Shown piece after piece: positions 1 through 12,000 of a DNA stretch of 64,000 bases (position 1 is its first letter; the number at the start of each line of letters is the position of its first letter). A program made the translations under genes and the position numbers. The stretch spans positions 64,232,001-64,296,000 of the forward strand of contig OX597822.1 in the NCBI GenBank assembly GCA_951406725.2, given 5' to 3'. The notes under the pieces are model-generated. The model had not been told where the DNA came from. It did not search any database and was given only the letters and a program-made list of their open reading frames with translations. Source of the stretch: Octopus vulgaris. Lineage: Eukaryota.

Positions 1-402
1 GAGTTTTAAACCTTGTTTGTTAGCTCAGAATTAGGCAGTCTTTTAAGAGTTTGATCAATGAAGCGGGATGAAGTACTTCAAAGTTATTAAAAAAAAAAAA
101 CCCAACCTCAGTGGGAGTTAAAAGACATTCTTATACAAAGCCCTCAGTCAAGCAATAGAAATATTACATTTATTTCTTGTTTCCTTTCTTTCCTAGAGTT
201 ATTACTGTTCTTGTTATTGCTGCTGATGTCGTGGTTTTGTTGTTGCTTCAGTGTGTTAGATCTATATCAGTTCTGATATACGAAACCCATGATGAAAGGC
301 ACTTCGGCTGCGACTATGCTGTAGTCTGTCCTTTCATCTCTTATGAAGGTAGGTGTAATTTTAGGGAGATTTCGTCGCTATTTCTAGCAGGTTGAGCGAC
401 TA

Positions 403-940
403 CCGTAAATCCTTGAGTATAATCCGCATTTTTTCCCCAAAATTTAAAGGTCAAAATCCCTAGTGCGTACTATATACGAGGTTAAAAATGAAAAATATTT
501 TCAAAGCAATATCCGAGTCTCTATTTGCTGTCCGGCAATGTTTATTCAGACGCATTTTGTAATGTTTGGCGCGAAAATACCTTAAGCTAAGGTATTTAGC
601 TTAAGGCAATGAAAGCAATGAAGTCATAAAGGGATCATCCATAACTTGCAGCAAGCAATATTTATTAAAATAAAAGTATTCAGAACGCAGAATAACATAT
701 AACAAAAACAATTTGCAAACATATTTACATTCCCATATAACAGTTAAGAACATCACCATTATTGTATTACGCATGCGCGGAAGTGTTTGTTCGACTAGGC
801 GCTGCTGGCTTAATTACGCACGACTCAAGTTAGAGAAGGAGAGCGTATTATACACAAGGTTTATGTTTTTCAGAGAGACAGCCCCCTAAAAATCCCCTGC
901 ATATTATACTCAAGGGCGGACTATACTCGCAGATTTACGG
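403..940. mobile_element. Non-autonomous Tc1/mariner-superfamily MITE (Tc2/pogo-like CCGTA ends)
   Basis: Left end CCGTAAATCCTTGAGTATAATCCGC; reverse complement of right end CCGTAAATCTGCGAGTATAGTCCGC. TA on both sides (401-402, 941-942). No ORF. Confidence 0.85.
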
Positions 941-972
941 TATATAGAGACTTCTGCATTTGATGTATAGCT

Positions 973-1150
973 CAGTGCTCCACAGCTGGTATGCTGTGGC
1001 ACACTGGTGTGTCACGAGACGATGCTAGATGTGCCGCGGTGTAGCCTGAAAATGATTTTTTCTCTATACTTTTAGTTACATTTCTAGTTCAGGATTTGCT
1101 GTTGAATTTTGAAAAGAATATAAGTGTACCGCAAGTGAAAAAAGGTTGTC
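973..1150. mobile_element. Degenerate hAT/Charlie-like MITE remnant
   Basis: Starts CAGTGCTCCACAGCTGG..GGCACACTGGTGTGTC, has internal GTGTGCCGCGG-like motifs and an AAAAAAGGTTG subterminal motif. Right TIR eroded. Confidence 0.35.
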
Positions 1151-1381
1151 GTCTCTTACCGTGTAGACCTATGATAAGATATGTTCTAGCCGTGACCATC
1201 CCGCCTGCTTTTCTTCAACGATGATGTATTTGCCGAATTACATTATTCAGAGGGACTTCTCATTTTGGACATAATAAGCTAATGGTTTAATGGTGAGTTA
1301 GCTGCTTTATCTAGCAGATCGTGTGGTGACATAGATGCTCCATCATTGAGTCACTTTTATCCAATTTACTGTTGCTGTTGT

Positions 1382-2001
1382 CTTCTTCTTCTTCTTCTTC
1401 TTCTTCTTCTTCTTCTTCTTCTTCTTCTTCTTCTTCTTCTTCTTCTTCTTCTTCTTCTTCTTCTTCTTCTTCTTCTTCTTCTTCTTCTTCTTCTTCTTCT
1501 TCTTCTTCTTCTTCTTCTTCCAATCAGGACTCACGCTATTAGCCACAAAGAATAATTTCTAATTCGAGCCTGCTCTAAGCTACTAAGAATGCGTGTGGCA
1601 ACTTGAAGATCCACCCACCACACGCGATAGACTGGCGGTTGTACTGGCGCGAAAGCTACGTTGTTATCCTCATTCCGTAAACGGTGGCTTTTAACGGGTG
1701 GAGAGCTGAACCATCCTGAGGTACAGAGGATTCGCAATCTAGACTAGGGTCTGAAAGTTTACCACACCATAGTGGGTTACACCATGGTTCCTCTGCTTTG
1801 TGGCAGAAGTAGGAAGAAAGAGTGAGAAAAAGTTGTGGTGAAAGAGTACAGCGCGGTTCACCTCCCCTCCCCCGCCGGAGCCTCGTGGAACTTAGATGTT
1901 TTTGCTCAATAAACACTCACAATGCCCGGTCTGGGAGTCGAAACCGCGTTCTTACGACCGCGAGTCCGCTGCCCTAACCACTGGGCCATTGCGCCTCCAC
2001 G
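1382..2001 (-). mobile_element. Full-length tRNA-headed SINE with putative RTE-derived body and (GAA)n tail
   Basis: Minus-strand head GTGGAGGCGCAATGGCCCAGTGGTTAGG..GGTTTCGACTCCC (A/B boxes). The (CTT)n tract at 1382-1520 is its tail. A 13-bp direct repeat CTGTTGCTGTTGT at 1369-1381 and 2002-2014 is the TSD. Second copy at 58696-59053. Confidence 0.85.
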
Positions 2002-2559
2002 CTGTTGCTGTTGTTGCTTTGTTTAGCTCCATCATGGTCCTACAGGAATATACCTATGCTCGAAGACAAATCCATTGTAACCATCCTACCGATTCTATAT
2101 CTAATACAATTCTAATGTGACCTTGCGTTATGCTATTTTTAAAAAGAAGGGTGTAGTTTGAAAGAAGTTTGGCTGCTTTTTCTTGTGGGCAGAATGATCT
2201 CATAGGATACTTTTCTTTCGTTTTCTGACGTAGTTAAGCTGACTCAAAGTTTTCTATATCTGGTTTCGCAGCACATCATCTTGTGACTTATACTTACTCA
2301 TTTATATGGAGTTCTCACTAGATCACGCGGCCTTGAGTTTGTAAGAATAGGATAGGGGTTCTCAACGTTTTGAATCACCACAGACCATTTTTCATTTAAA
2401 TTAATTTTATCACGAATCGTTAGGCTTTGGGGTCTGTAAGAAAGGATTGTGTCTTGAACAAGCAGATTTTGATAACCAATAGCAAACTCCTTTCTCGTCA
2501 ACCGAAAGGCACACATAAACGGAATGCAAAAATATTTCGGCCAGAATTGTCTCAGGTTA

Positions 2560-2840
2560 AGTCTAATGTAATAGTACCACCTGATAAAAACTCTTAAGCA
2601 ATTTTTAAAGCTAAGTAAGGAATTGTTGATTGAGATGTATCCTGGTATAGCTAGTTTGTCTGGTATCCCTTGAAGAAATTTATCAGGGTTTTAAAGGAAT
2701 GGGATATTTTTCTTTTTAACAGGGGTGAAGTTGCGTTGATGAATCACGCTGGTTTGAGTTCCAATACTCATGTGCATGGATAAAAGATACTGGGATACAT
2801 CTTGAAATATACTATCGGAAAGTATACAGATGGTTTCTCA
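2560..2840 (-). pseudogene. Degraded CR1-group LINE ORF2 C-terminal fragment
   Basis: Minus-strand translation gives DKFLQGIPDKLAIPGYISINNSLLS, resembling invertebrate CR1-type C-termini. Frameshifted. Confidence 0.45.
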
Positions 2841-3190
2841 CGCAGTTGGTACATGATGTATGCAGTGTAGAACAGGTAAACAAATTCGTGACATATCTTC
2901 TGCTAGAAGACAAGAACAGACGTACGCGTCGAAGGCTTCCTGCGGAAAAAGCTTCCTCTCTGCCGAGATCCGAACTCGACCGCGAAAACCCACCTCACTA
3001 AAAATATAACAGGAAAGGTTTCCTGATATTCCCAGCGAATAGACATAAATTCCCGCATTCGGTTGGTCTGTCATGTGATGTGATGACAGCCTGCGTGAAG
3101 CTAGAAGCCGATATGCGCCTATTTAAAGGTAAACACGCAAACTGTGAACATATATCTACAGCACCTTTGATTTGTGTTGTGATGATATTG

Positions 3191-3580
3191 GGATGGAAGC
3201 ACTCCGTCGGTTACGACGATGAGGGTTCCGGTTGATCCGAATCAACGGAACAGCCTGCTCGTGAAATTAACGTGTAAGTGGCTGAGCACTCCACAGACAC
3301 GTGCACCCTTAACGTAGTTCTCGGGGATATTCAGCGTGACACAGAGAGTGACAAGGCCGGCCCCTTGAAATACAGGTACAACAGAAACAGGAAGTAAGAG
3401 TGAGAGAAAGTTGTGGTGAAAGAGTACAGCAGGGATCACCACTATCCCCTGCCGGAGCCTCGTGGAGCTTTTTAGGTGTCTTCGCTCAATAAACACTCAC
3501 AACGCCCGGTCTGGGAATCGAAACCGCGATCCTATGACCGCGAGTCCGCTGCCCTAACCACTGGGCCATTGCGCCTCCAC
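3191..3580 (-). mobile_element. tRNA-headed SINE with the same head and middle as 1382-2001 but a different 3' module
   Basis: Near-identical head and CTCTTTCACCACAACTTTCTCTCACTC middle. The 3' module is shared with 47341-47585. Flanking GATGATATT direct repeat is a possible TSD. Confidence 0.85.
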
Positions 3581-4344
3581 TGGGATGATATTAGAGAAGG
3601 TATATTGAAGAAAAGTAATTGTGTTGCAATGCGATTATGTGTTGTAGTCCTGAATTGCGTATGGGGCGTATGACACGAGGCCCAGCTTTATATGAATTGT
3701 GAACTTGATGTTAAGGTCATTTGAGCAATGCTGGTGGTATATTTTCCACATTGTGCAATAAAATAAATAGTAAAATTATGTAAAGTATTTATACCCAACA
3801 AGATATTTGATTCTGTTTTTGCTAATATTATGTTCCAAATTTCATTCTCAATAACAGCGAGCTTTAAATAATCGTCCAAAATTTTAGATTAGTCTGAAAT
3901 TTCGAAAATTTCTCTTTATCAGCCTTATAAATAATTCAAATTTTTACACTATAGCATATTGAAATTTTAAACTTAGCTCATGGATCTTGCAGTGCTACCG
4001 CTGCGGAGCCTTAATGATTGCGAATCATGAGACGACAAACGCTGGAGTAGGGCATGTTCAAATAAATCAAGTTACATTAATACAGCCGCGAGCAGAATGA
4101 TTATGACAGAGGGTTTGTAACAAAGGCACAAGGACAGCGTCTTTAAGGGGGCTAGTGGTGTTGGTCGTGTAGAAGTTTAATCAATTATATCAACCTCAGT
4201 GCTTGACTCCAAAATTTTATTACTGAAGGATGAAAGGCTAGATTCATCTGAGTAAGATTTGAAATCAGAACAAATAGGCACATAAATGGCTGTGTCGTAA
4301 GAAGCTTGTTTTCCACCCACATGGTTCCAGGTTCAACATTTTGG

Positions 4345-4886
4345 CGGGAGGGAACCAGTCGATTAGATCGACCCCAGTACGCAACTGGTACTTAATTTAT
4401 CGACCCCGAAAGGATGAAAGGTAAAGTCGAACACGGCGGAATTTGAACTCAGAACGTAAAGACAGACGAAATACCTATTTCTTTACTACCCACAAGGGGC
4501 TAAACACAGAGAGGGCAGACAAGGACAGACAAACGGATTAAGTCGATTATATCGACCCCAGTGCGTAACTGGTATTTATTTAATCGACCCCGAAAGGATG
4601 AAAGGTAAAGTCGACCTCGGCGGAATTTGAACTCAGAACGTAGCAGCAAACGAAATACCTATTTCTTTACTACCCACAAGGGGCTAAACACAGAGGGGAC
4701 AAACAAGGACAGACAAACGGATTAAATCGATTACATCTACCCCAGTGCGTAACTGGTATTTAATTTATCGACCCCGAAAGGATGAAAGTCGACCTCGACG
4801 GAATTTGAACTCAGAACGTAACGACAGACGAAATACGGCTACGCATTTCGCCCGGCGTGCTAACGTTTCTGCTAGCTCGCCGCCTT
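4345..4886 (-). mobile_element. SINE family A multimer (head, two internal units, terminal unit)
   Basis: Reverse complement of AAGGCGGCGAGCTAGCAGAAACGTTAGC head. Repeated GAGTTCAAATTCC B box and TTTCATCCTTTCGGGGTCGAT Meta-like core. Confidence 0.9.
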
Positions 4887-5130
4887 CACGATCCAGCAAT
4901 TTCGCCATTCCACAGCTAGCGACCGGGAATTTATTTATCCTAGAAGCACGAAAAGGTAAAGTTGACTGTAGCAAGATTTGAACTTGTAACGCAAGGACCT
5001 GTATAAATACTACGAGACTGTTACGATTTTGTCTGAATTCGCCAATTACTTACAGAGTGTTTGGTAACAGGTGTAAGTAATTTTAGAAATACCCCACCAT
5101 TTTCTAAACGGGCACCACAAAAAACTTTCA

Positions 5131-5143
5131 GAGAGAGAGATAG

Positions 5144-5208
<65 letters not shown>

Positions 5209-5235
5209 AAGAGAGAAAGAGAGAGAGAGAGATTA

Positions 5236-5320
<85 letters not shown>
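5131..5320. repeat. (GA)n/(GATA)n compound microsatellite
   Basis: Directly visible. Confidence 0.95.
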
Positions 5321-5323
<3 letters not shown>

Positions 5324-5964
5324 AACAAATAAATATATACCAATATGATAATAAAGAATTTCGAAAAGTCTCAAGAATTTTCGAAATACGTCCAAAGGTG
5401 CCTTGACAGACAGATGTATGTTTATTCTAAAGAATTTCTTGGGGCTTTCATATATTCTTCCACCATTTCGCTGAAATGACCAACATGTCGAGTGTTCAGT
5501 TTTAAATAAACAGAAAAGAGAAAGAAACAAACATCCGAATTATAGCCATTTTTTTTTTTTTACAAAACGTTTCACCGTGGTTAAGGCAGCGGCGAAGGAG
5601 AAGGAGGATGGCGGAATTTGTTCAGTGTCTGTGTATTTAGTTGCGTACCTTTACGTTTCGTGTTCTAATCTCGCTCTGAGGCCGATTTTGTTTTGCGGCC
5701 TTACTTGGTCTGACATAAAGCAGAGAGTTGCATAATCGTTAGTATATCGGGTAAAATGCTTAGCGGTATTTTCGTCCTTTTTTAAGTTCTGTGTTCAAAT
5801 TCCTCTGAGTTGACTTTGCCTTTCATCCTTTCGGGATCGATGAAATAAAACCAGTTGAGCATTAGAGTTAATGTAATCGACTTTATCCACCCCCATCACC
5901 GCCGAAATTGCTGGCTTTGTGTAAAAATTTGAAGCCAAATATCACAGATCGATATGTGTCTGAA

Positions 5965-6210
5965 GTGAAGACGTGTGGTCTAGTGGCTACAGCATCGCAC
6001 TCACGACCGCAAGATCATGGTTTCGCTTCCCAGACAGGACGGTGCGTTGTGTTCTTGAGCAAGACACTCCGCTTCACCTTCCTCCAGTGCTTTCAGCTGT
6101 GAATGAATAACACTGCGATGAACTGGCGTCACGTCCAGGGGAAGTGTGGTGACCCTACTTTCTTATATGCAATGGAAAGTAGTCTTGTGGGTCCCAGGGC
6201 TCAAAACAGT
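5965..6210 (+). mobile_element. Degenerate tRNA-headed CORE-like SINE
   Basis: tRNA-like head, then TTGAGCAAGACAC..CAGCTGTGAATGA (CORE-like) and CTGCGATGAACTGGCGTCACGTCCAGGGG. Confidence 0.6.
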
Positions 6211-6261
6211 AATGTCGCTATACGTTCCTTCCTTCGAAGATGTTTTGGTTTACAGTTCTAT

Positions 6262-6734
6262 ACTTAAGAGATGAGGAATTATGTACATTATATTAACATT
6301 ATTTACATTATTTACATTATACAAAGATGAAACATGCCACCCCCTCAAGATAAGGGTAGACAAACATCGCAAAGCTGTGACACAAGGAGACATTCATAAA
6401 TCGGGTATAGCTGATCATGTATGCAAAAATGGAGACCACCTCCTCCTGTGGGATGAAGTTAAAATAATAGACAGAAAACACTACTGGAAAATACGAAAAC
6501 TAAAAGAAGCAGCACATATGCTAGGACACAACAACCTCCTAAGCAGACCGAGTGCAGATATGGGCAGAATATGGGAACCGGTATTAAGGAAGGATAGGAG
6601 AATATTAGATTTATAAGCCCTAAAATTCACTCCATAATTGCCCACGGGCATATGGCATGTTTCACCTTAAGAGCGCGGGCTACTAACCCCAAGATTCCGA
6701 GTTCGATTCTAAGCAGTGACCTGAACAATAACAC

Positions 6735-6791
<57 letters not shown>

Positions 6792-6940
6792 CAACAACAT
6801 CGAAAGATACCTTAGGAATGGGAACCCAGGTTCGAAATTTCCCCAAGACACCTGAAGAAAACTGGAGGGTATATCAGCCAAAACGTTGTGTTTACAACAA
6901 ACGAGATTAGGACAAATATCCGTCAAATGTAAATAATGTA
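6262..6940 (+). mobile_element. Penelope-like element (PLE) 3' fragment: partial GIY-YIG endonuclease plus pseudo-LTR with hammerhead
   Basis: ORF 6281-6616 encodes ETCHPLKIRVDKH..SGIADHV..WDEVKIIDR..WKIRKLKEAAHM, the second half of a PLE GIY-YIG domain. TACATTATTTACATT (~6304-6318) is the inverse of the 3' end AATGTAAATAATGTA (~6926-6940), typical of an inverted pLTR. Hammerhead at 6847-6891. Confidence 0.85.
6847..6891 (+). ncRNA. Minimal type I hammerhead ribozyme motif (mutated copy)
   Basis: GACAC-CTGAAGA-A-AACTG-loop-CAGCC-AAAAC-GTT-GTGTT. Stem I is GACAC/GTGTT and stem III is the palindrome ACGT. G12>A and stem II mismatches suggest this copy is inactive. Confidence 0.6.
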
Positions 6941-7046
6941 TGTTTTAGTTTGTGTTTCACTTGCTAATCAGTATTTACCACGCTTAAGGCGACGTGTAAT
7001 GTTCTTGAGCAAGACACTTCATTTCACGTTGCTCGAGTCTTTCTTT

Positions 7047-7048
<2 letters not shown>

Positions 7049-7116
<68 letters not shown>

Positions 7117-7240
7117 CATACATACTTCCATACGTACAAACATATATACATACATACACACACAGAGACATACTTATATACGAACGTATATATGTATATG
7201 TATATTTATTTATATATATTATATGCATACACACACACAT

Positions 7241-7278
<38 letters not shown>

Positions 7279-7540
7279 GTACACATACACTTTTATACAA
7301 TCATAAGTAAATGAATATGTTCACGCGCACATATATAAATATATACTATATATGTATGCGTATAATATATATATAAATATATATACATATATATACGTTC
7401 GTATATAAGTATGTCTGTGTGTGTATGTATATGTATGTATATATGTTTGTACGTACGTACGTACGTATGTATGTATGTATGTATGTATGTATGTATGTAT
7501 GTATGTATGTATGTATGTATGTATGTATGTATGTATATAT
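7049..7540. repeat. (TA)n/(CA)n/(TATG)n microsatellite cluster
   Basis: Directly visible. Confidence 0.95.
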
Positions 7541-7893
7541 GTATGTGTCTTCGTAGATCTATGTATTGGTATAAACAGAACACTATTTAAAGCCTGAGAT
7601 AGATGTATACGTTCAATGTAGTGGCCATTACAGACACAGTGTGCTTCCAATGCCAACACCAGCCGACAGCTGTGAAGTTGAAGAGGTGAAAATGTCAAGC
7701 AGAAAGAAAGAAGGAAGGAAGGAAGAAAGAATGAAGGCAAGAAAGAAAGACGAAAATGGAGAAAAAATAAGATCGTTTAAACAAACGGGATATCAATTTG
7801 GCTTGCCATTCAGGAATGTTTATAAAACACTTGTTTGTGGAAAGGACCAGACCTTGGCTGAAATCTAGTCTGAGGAATTACGCCGTCGTCGAA

Positions 7894-8549
<656 letters not shown>

Positions 8550-8607
8550 GCATGTATGTCTGTGTATGTATTTCCAATTTCGATTTGTTTCGTTTTCTCT
8601 TTATCAG

Positions 8608-8786
8608 TACGCTCCAACTGTGAAGCTGAAGGGTCATATATTCCAGTGAAGGATCCCTGCTACGAACCAGCAACATCTAGCCGGCAACTAGCCTCTCTGC
8701 ATGTGGCTTGGCAAACGTCGCATTATATTCGAAGAGGTGGATGGAGACGAGAGTCAATGCCAGACGTCAAATACTTCAACGTATAA
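8608..8786 (+). CDS. Candidate coding exon, product unknown
   Basis: Acceptor TTTGTTTCGTTTTCTCTTTATCAG ends at 8607. One long open frame (phase 1): [58 protein letters not shown]. Non-repetitive and GC-richer than its flanks. Confidence 0.35.
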
Positions 8787-9166
8787 GCGTTTTAACAAAA
8801 GATTAACAAGAGATTAGAAATTACTAGAACCGTGACGTGTTAATTTTAGAGATAATTTTAGGGAACTCACACCAAAAGATATAGATTGCCCGTCCACTTA
8901 ACATTACTGGTGTTTGGATGAAAAAAAAATGGCGTCGGTGTATCTTCATATCTTTGGTATGAAATTCCCTAAGGATATCCAGTTGTTTTTGTTGTTGTTG
9001 CTGTTGTTGCTTATCCCTGATCGAGCTGACTTATATTGAAAGGTATTCCAGCCGTAATTTATTCCGTCTTCGGGCTTTTAAAAAAATATATATTCTTTTT
9101 TATTTATGAGATACACGGTATATAGGTCTAAAATATCAGACATGTTTTTTAATTTTCTTTTTAAAA

Positions 9167-9263
<97 letters not shown>

Positions 9264-9359
9264 GTCTGTCTGCCTATCTGTCTGTATATATATGTATTTA
9301 CGTGTGTGTTTGTGTGCGTGTGCATAACTGAATAATTATGTGTAACTGGGTAGTTATGA

Positions 9360-10500
9360 CAAACACAAACATGCGGACACTATTGCATCCTAACTCAGAG
9401 ACGTTCCTGAACAAATTCAGCGGATTTTGCTTTGTTTTGTTCGGCAGTTTCTTTTACGTCTGTACAAAACTGTGGACGAAAGTTGTTAAGAGTGGCACCA
9501 AGTGGCACCAAATGGCCAAAAGTCTTCTTGGTTTAAGCAGGAAGTTTAAAATACCATTTAAGCAAAAGAAGCAGGCTTGTTTCCAAGCTTGTAGACTTTT
9601 GTTTCGTACTTTTGCGCAGGTGGTCGCGAAAAGTTTCAACAGAGACAGTAAAACGTCTAAGGTTTGGTGTTTAGCTGGATCCTGATCGGCATATAAAGTA
9701 TTCTGGCAGACAATCTACCAGGATACTAAGTCTCATAACAAGAAATCCTTTCCCACATCTACTATTAAGAACTCAGCTAGGGTTCTTCTCTCTACGGAGA
9801 AAGCATTCTTGGGAGGTGGAGAGAATACTTTACTAATCTCTTAAATTCAGTCACAATAAAATTTTATGATGGGCACGAGGTTCAGCTAAGAGCGAAGACT
9901 AACCTCACAGAGGCTGAAGTCATAGAGGAGTTTAAAATGCTTGAATGTGGAACTGGGGAAGGGGAAATTCGGCCTGAGATGCTAAAAGCTTCCAATAAAG
10001 AAGGTATTTTCTGGCTGACTCGTGTATGCCAGTTTGCCTGGACCTCAAGAAGGAAACCTAAGCAATGGCTATCCGGGCTGATAATCTTAGGAGAAGGAGC
10101 CAGTCGATTAGATCGACTCCCGTACGCAACTGGTACTCGATGGAATTTGAGCTCAGAACGTTAAGACAGACGAAATAGCCTGGCGTGCTAACGTTTCTGC
10201 TAGTTCGCCGTCTTGAGATCCTGGGAATAATACCAAGATGTGTAGGTTTGCTTAGAATTTCTCAGGAAAGAATCACAAGACAGATTCTTCAAGCCAAGTC
10301 AACCAGCAGAAGACCTAGGGGTGAATCAACAATGGGATGGTTGGATAGAATCCATAGTCTCAGACGGTCACGCTTGGGAGTCCAGCCAGAAGGTGTAATG
10401 ACGTTTTCTTCTGATAGAAACTTATGGTAGAAGTGCCTGCGGACTCCACCACAAGAACCTCCAACGATTAATGGACAGCAGAGATGGACAGATGGATGCA
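9360..10500 (+). pseudogene. RTE-clade (Expander/Rex3-like) LINE remnant, internally deleted, with a SINE A fragment at ~10088-10212
   Basis: Translations ILGRWREYFTNLLN, LTEAEV..EIRPEMLKA..WLTRVCQFAWTS and RISQERITRQILQAKSTSRRPRG..W..SRLGVQPE. Ends in a GATGGA-type tail. Confidence 0.85.
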
Positions 10501-10773
10501 GTAATTATACATTTTACACTTCATCGGGTTAAAAATTTGAACACAGCTCACGGATCCTTATTGCTTCTTTAACCGTCTACCCCTGCTCCAATCAAATTTA
10601 TGTAGCTTATAGTCTGAGAACCGTTGAACATAAATACTTTCTTCATTGACTTACCGCATAACAATGTACACACGTAGCAGCGTAATATATTAGCGGTGGT
10701 AATAGAAACTTCAGATCATAGCAAAAACTGCAATGCCCTACATTTAGTTAGCAATATCATTTTACGTTCTGAG

Positions 10774-11545
10774 ACAGCGAGTGGCAGATACGTTAGCACG
10801 CCGGGCGAAATGCTTAGTGATATTTCGTCTGCCACTACGTTCTGAGTTCAAATTCCGCCGAGGTCTACTTTGCCTTTCATCCTTTCGGGGTCGATTAAAT
10901 AAGTACTAGTTACGCACTGGGGTCGATATAATCGACTTAATCCGTGTGTCTGTCCTTGTTTGTCCTCTCTGTGTTTAGCCCCTTGTGGGTAGTAAAGAAA
11001 TAGGTATTTCGTCTGCCGTTACGTTCTGAGTTCAAATTCCGCTGAGGTCGACTTTGCCTTTCATCCTTTCGGGGTAGTTTAAATAATTACCAGTTGCGCA
11101 CTGGGGTCGATATAATCGACTTAATCCGTTTGTCTGTCCTTGTTTGTCCTCTCTGTGTTTAGCCCCTTGTGGGTAGTAAAGAAATAGGTATTTCGTCTGC
11201 CGTTACATTCTGAGTTCAAATTCCGCCGAGGTCGACTTTGCCTTTCATCCTTTCGGGGTCGATTAAATAAGTACTAGTTACGCACTGGGGTCGATATAAT
11301 CGACTTAATCCGTTTGTCTGTCCTTGTTTGTCCTCTCTGTGTTTAGCCCCTTGTGGGTAGTAAGGAAATAGGTATTTCTTCCGTCTTTACGTTCTGAGTT
11401 CAAATTCCATCGAGGCTGACTTTATCTCATATTCTTTCGGGGTCGATGAAATAAGTAGCAGTTGAGTACTGGGGTCTGTGTAATCGACTTATCTACTCCC
11501 CACCATCGAAAATACTGGGCTTATGCCAAAATTAGAAGCCAATAT
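10774..11545 (+). mobile_element. SINE family A multimer: three 184-bp units plus terminal unit
   Basis: TATTTC unit starts at 10821, 11005, 11189 and 11373 (period 184). Confidence 0.92.
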
Positions 11546-11867
11546 CAGTTTACGTTCTAAGTTCAAATCCCGCCGTGATCAAATCCGGTACGGCTGTTGA
11601 TTTTGTGCAGTGTAGGAACTATACTACTCTCACCTCCCAAAAGTATCTGGCCCTGTGCCTATGCCAGAAATCATTATAACGTTGTATGATGTCTACATAT
11701 TTATTTAGTATCTATTGGTGTATGTTTTGAGATAATGTTTACATAATTATACATTGTCTATATATTTATATATACTGTTGGATCACTGTCAAACATTAAT
11801 TAACTAAATATTTACAGAGTAAAGCTATATAATCTTACAAATCTGGTCTACATCCAACGTATACAAA

Positions 11868-11999
<132 letters not shown>

Positions 12000-12000
12000 T

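Noticed and set aside
1925-2000. tRNA-like sequences at SINE heads (also ~3505-3580, 12001, 13630-13705, 58696)
   Set aside because: They continue into SINE bodies and lack complete cloverleaves, so they are not tRNA genes
10821-11373. Regular repeats resembling a CRISPR array
   Set aside because: Whole 184-bp units repeat with no unique spacers; eukaryotic context and no cas genes
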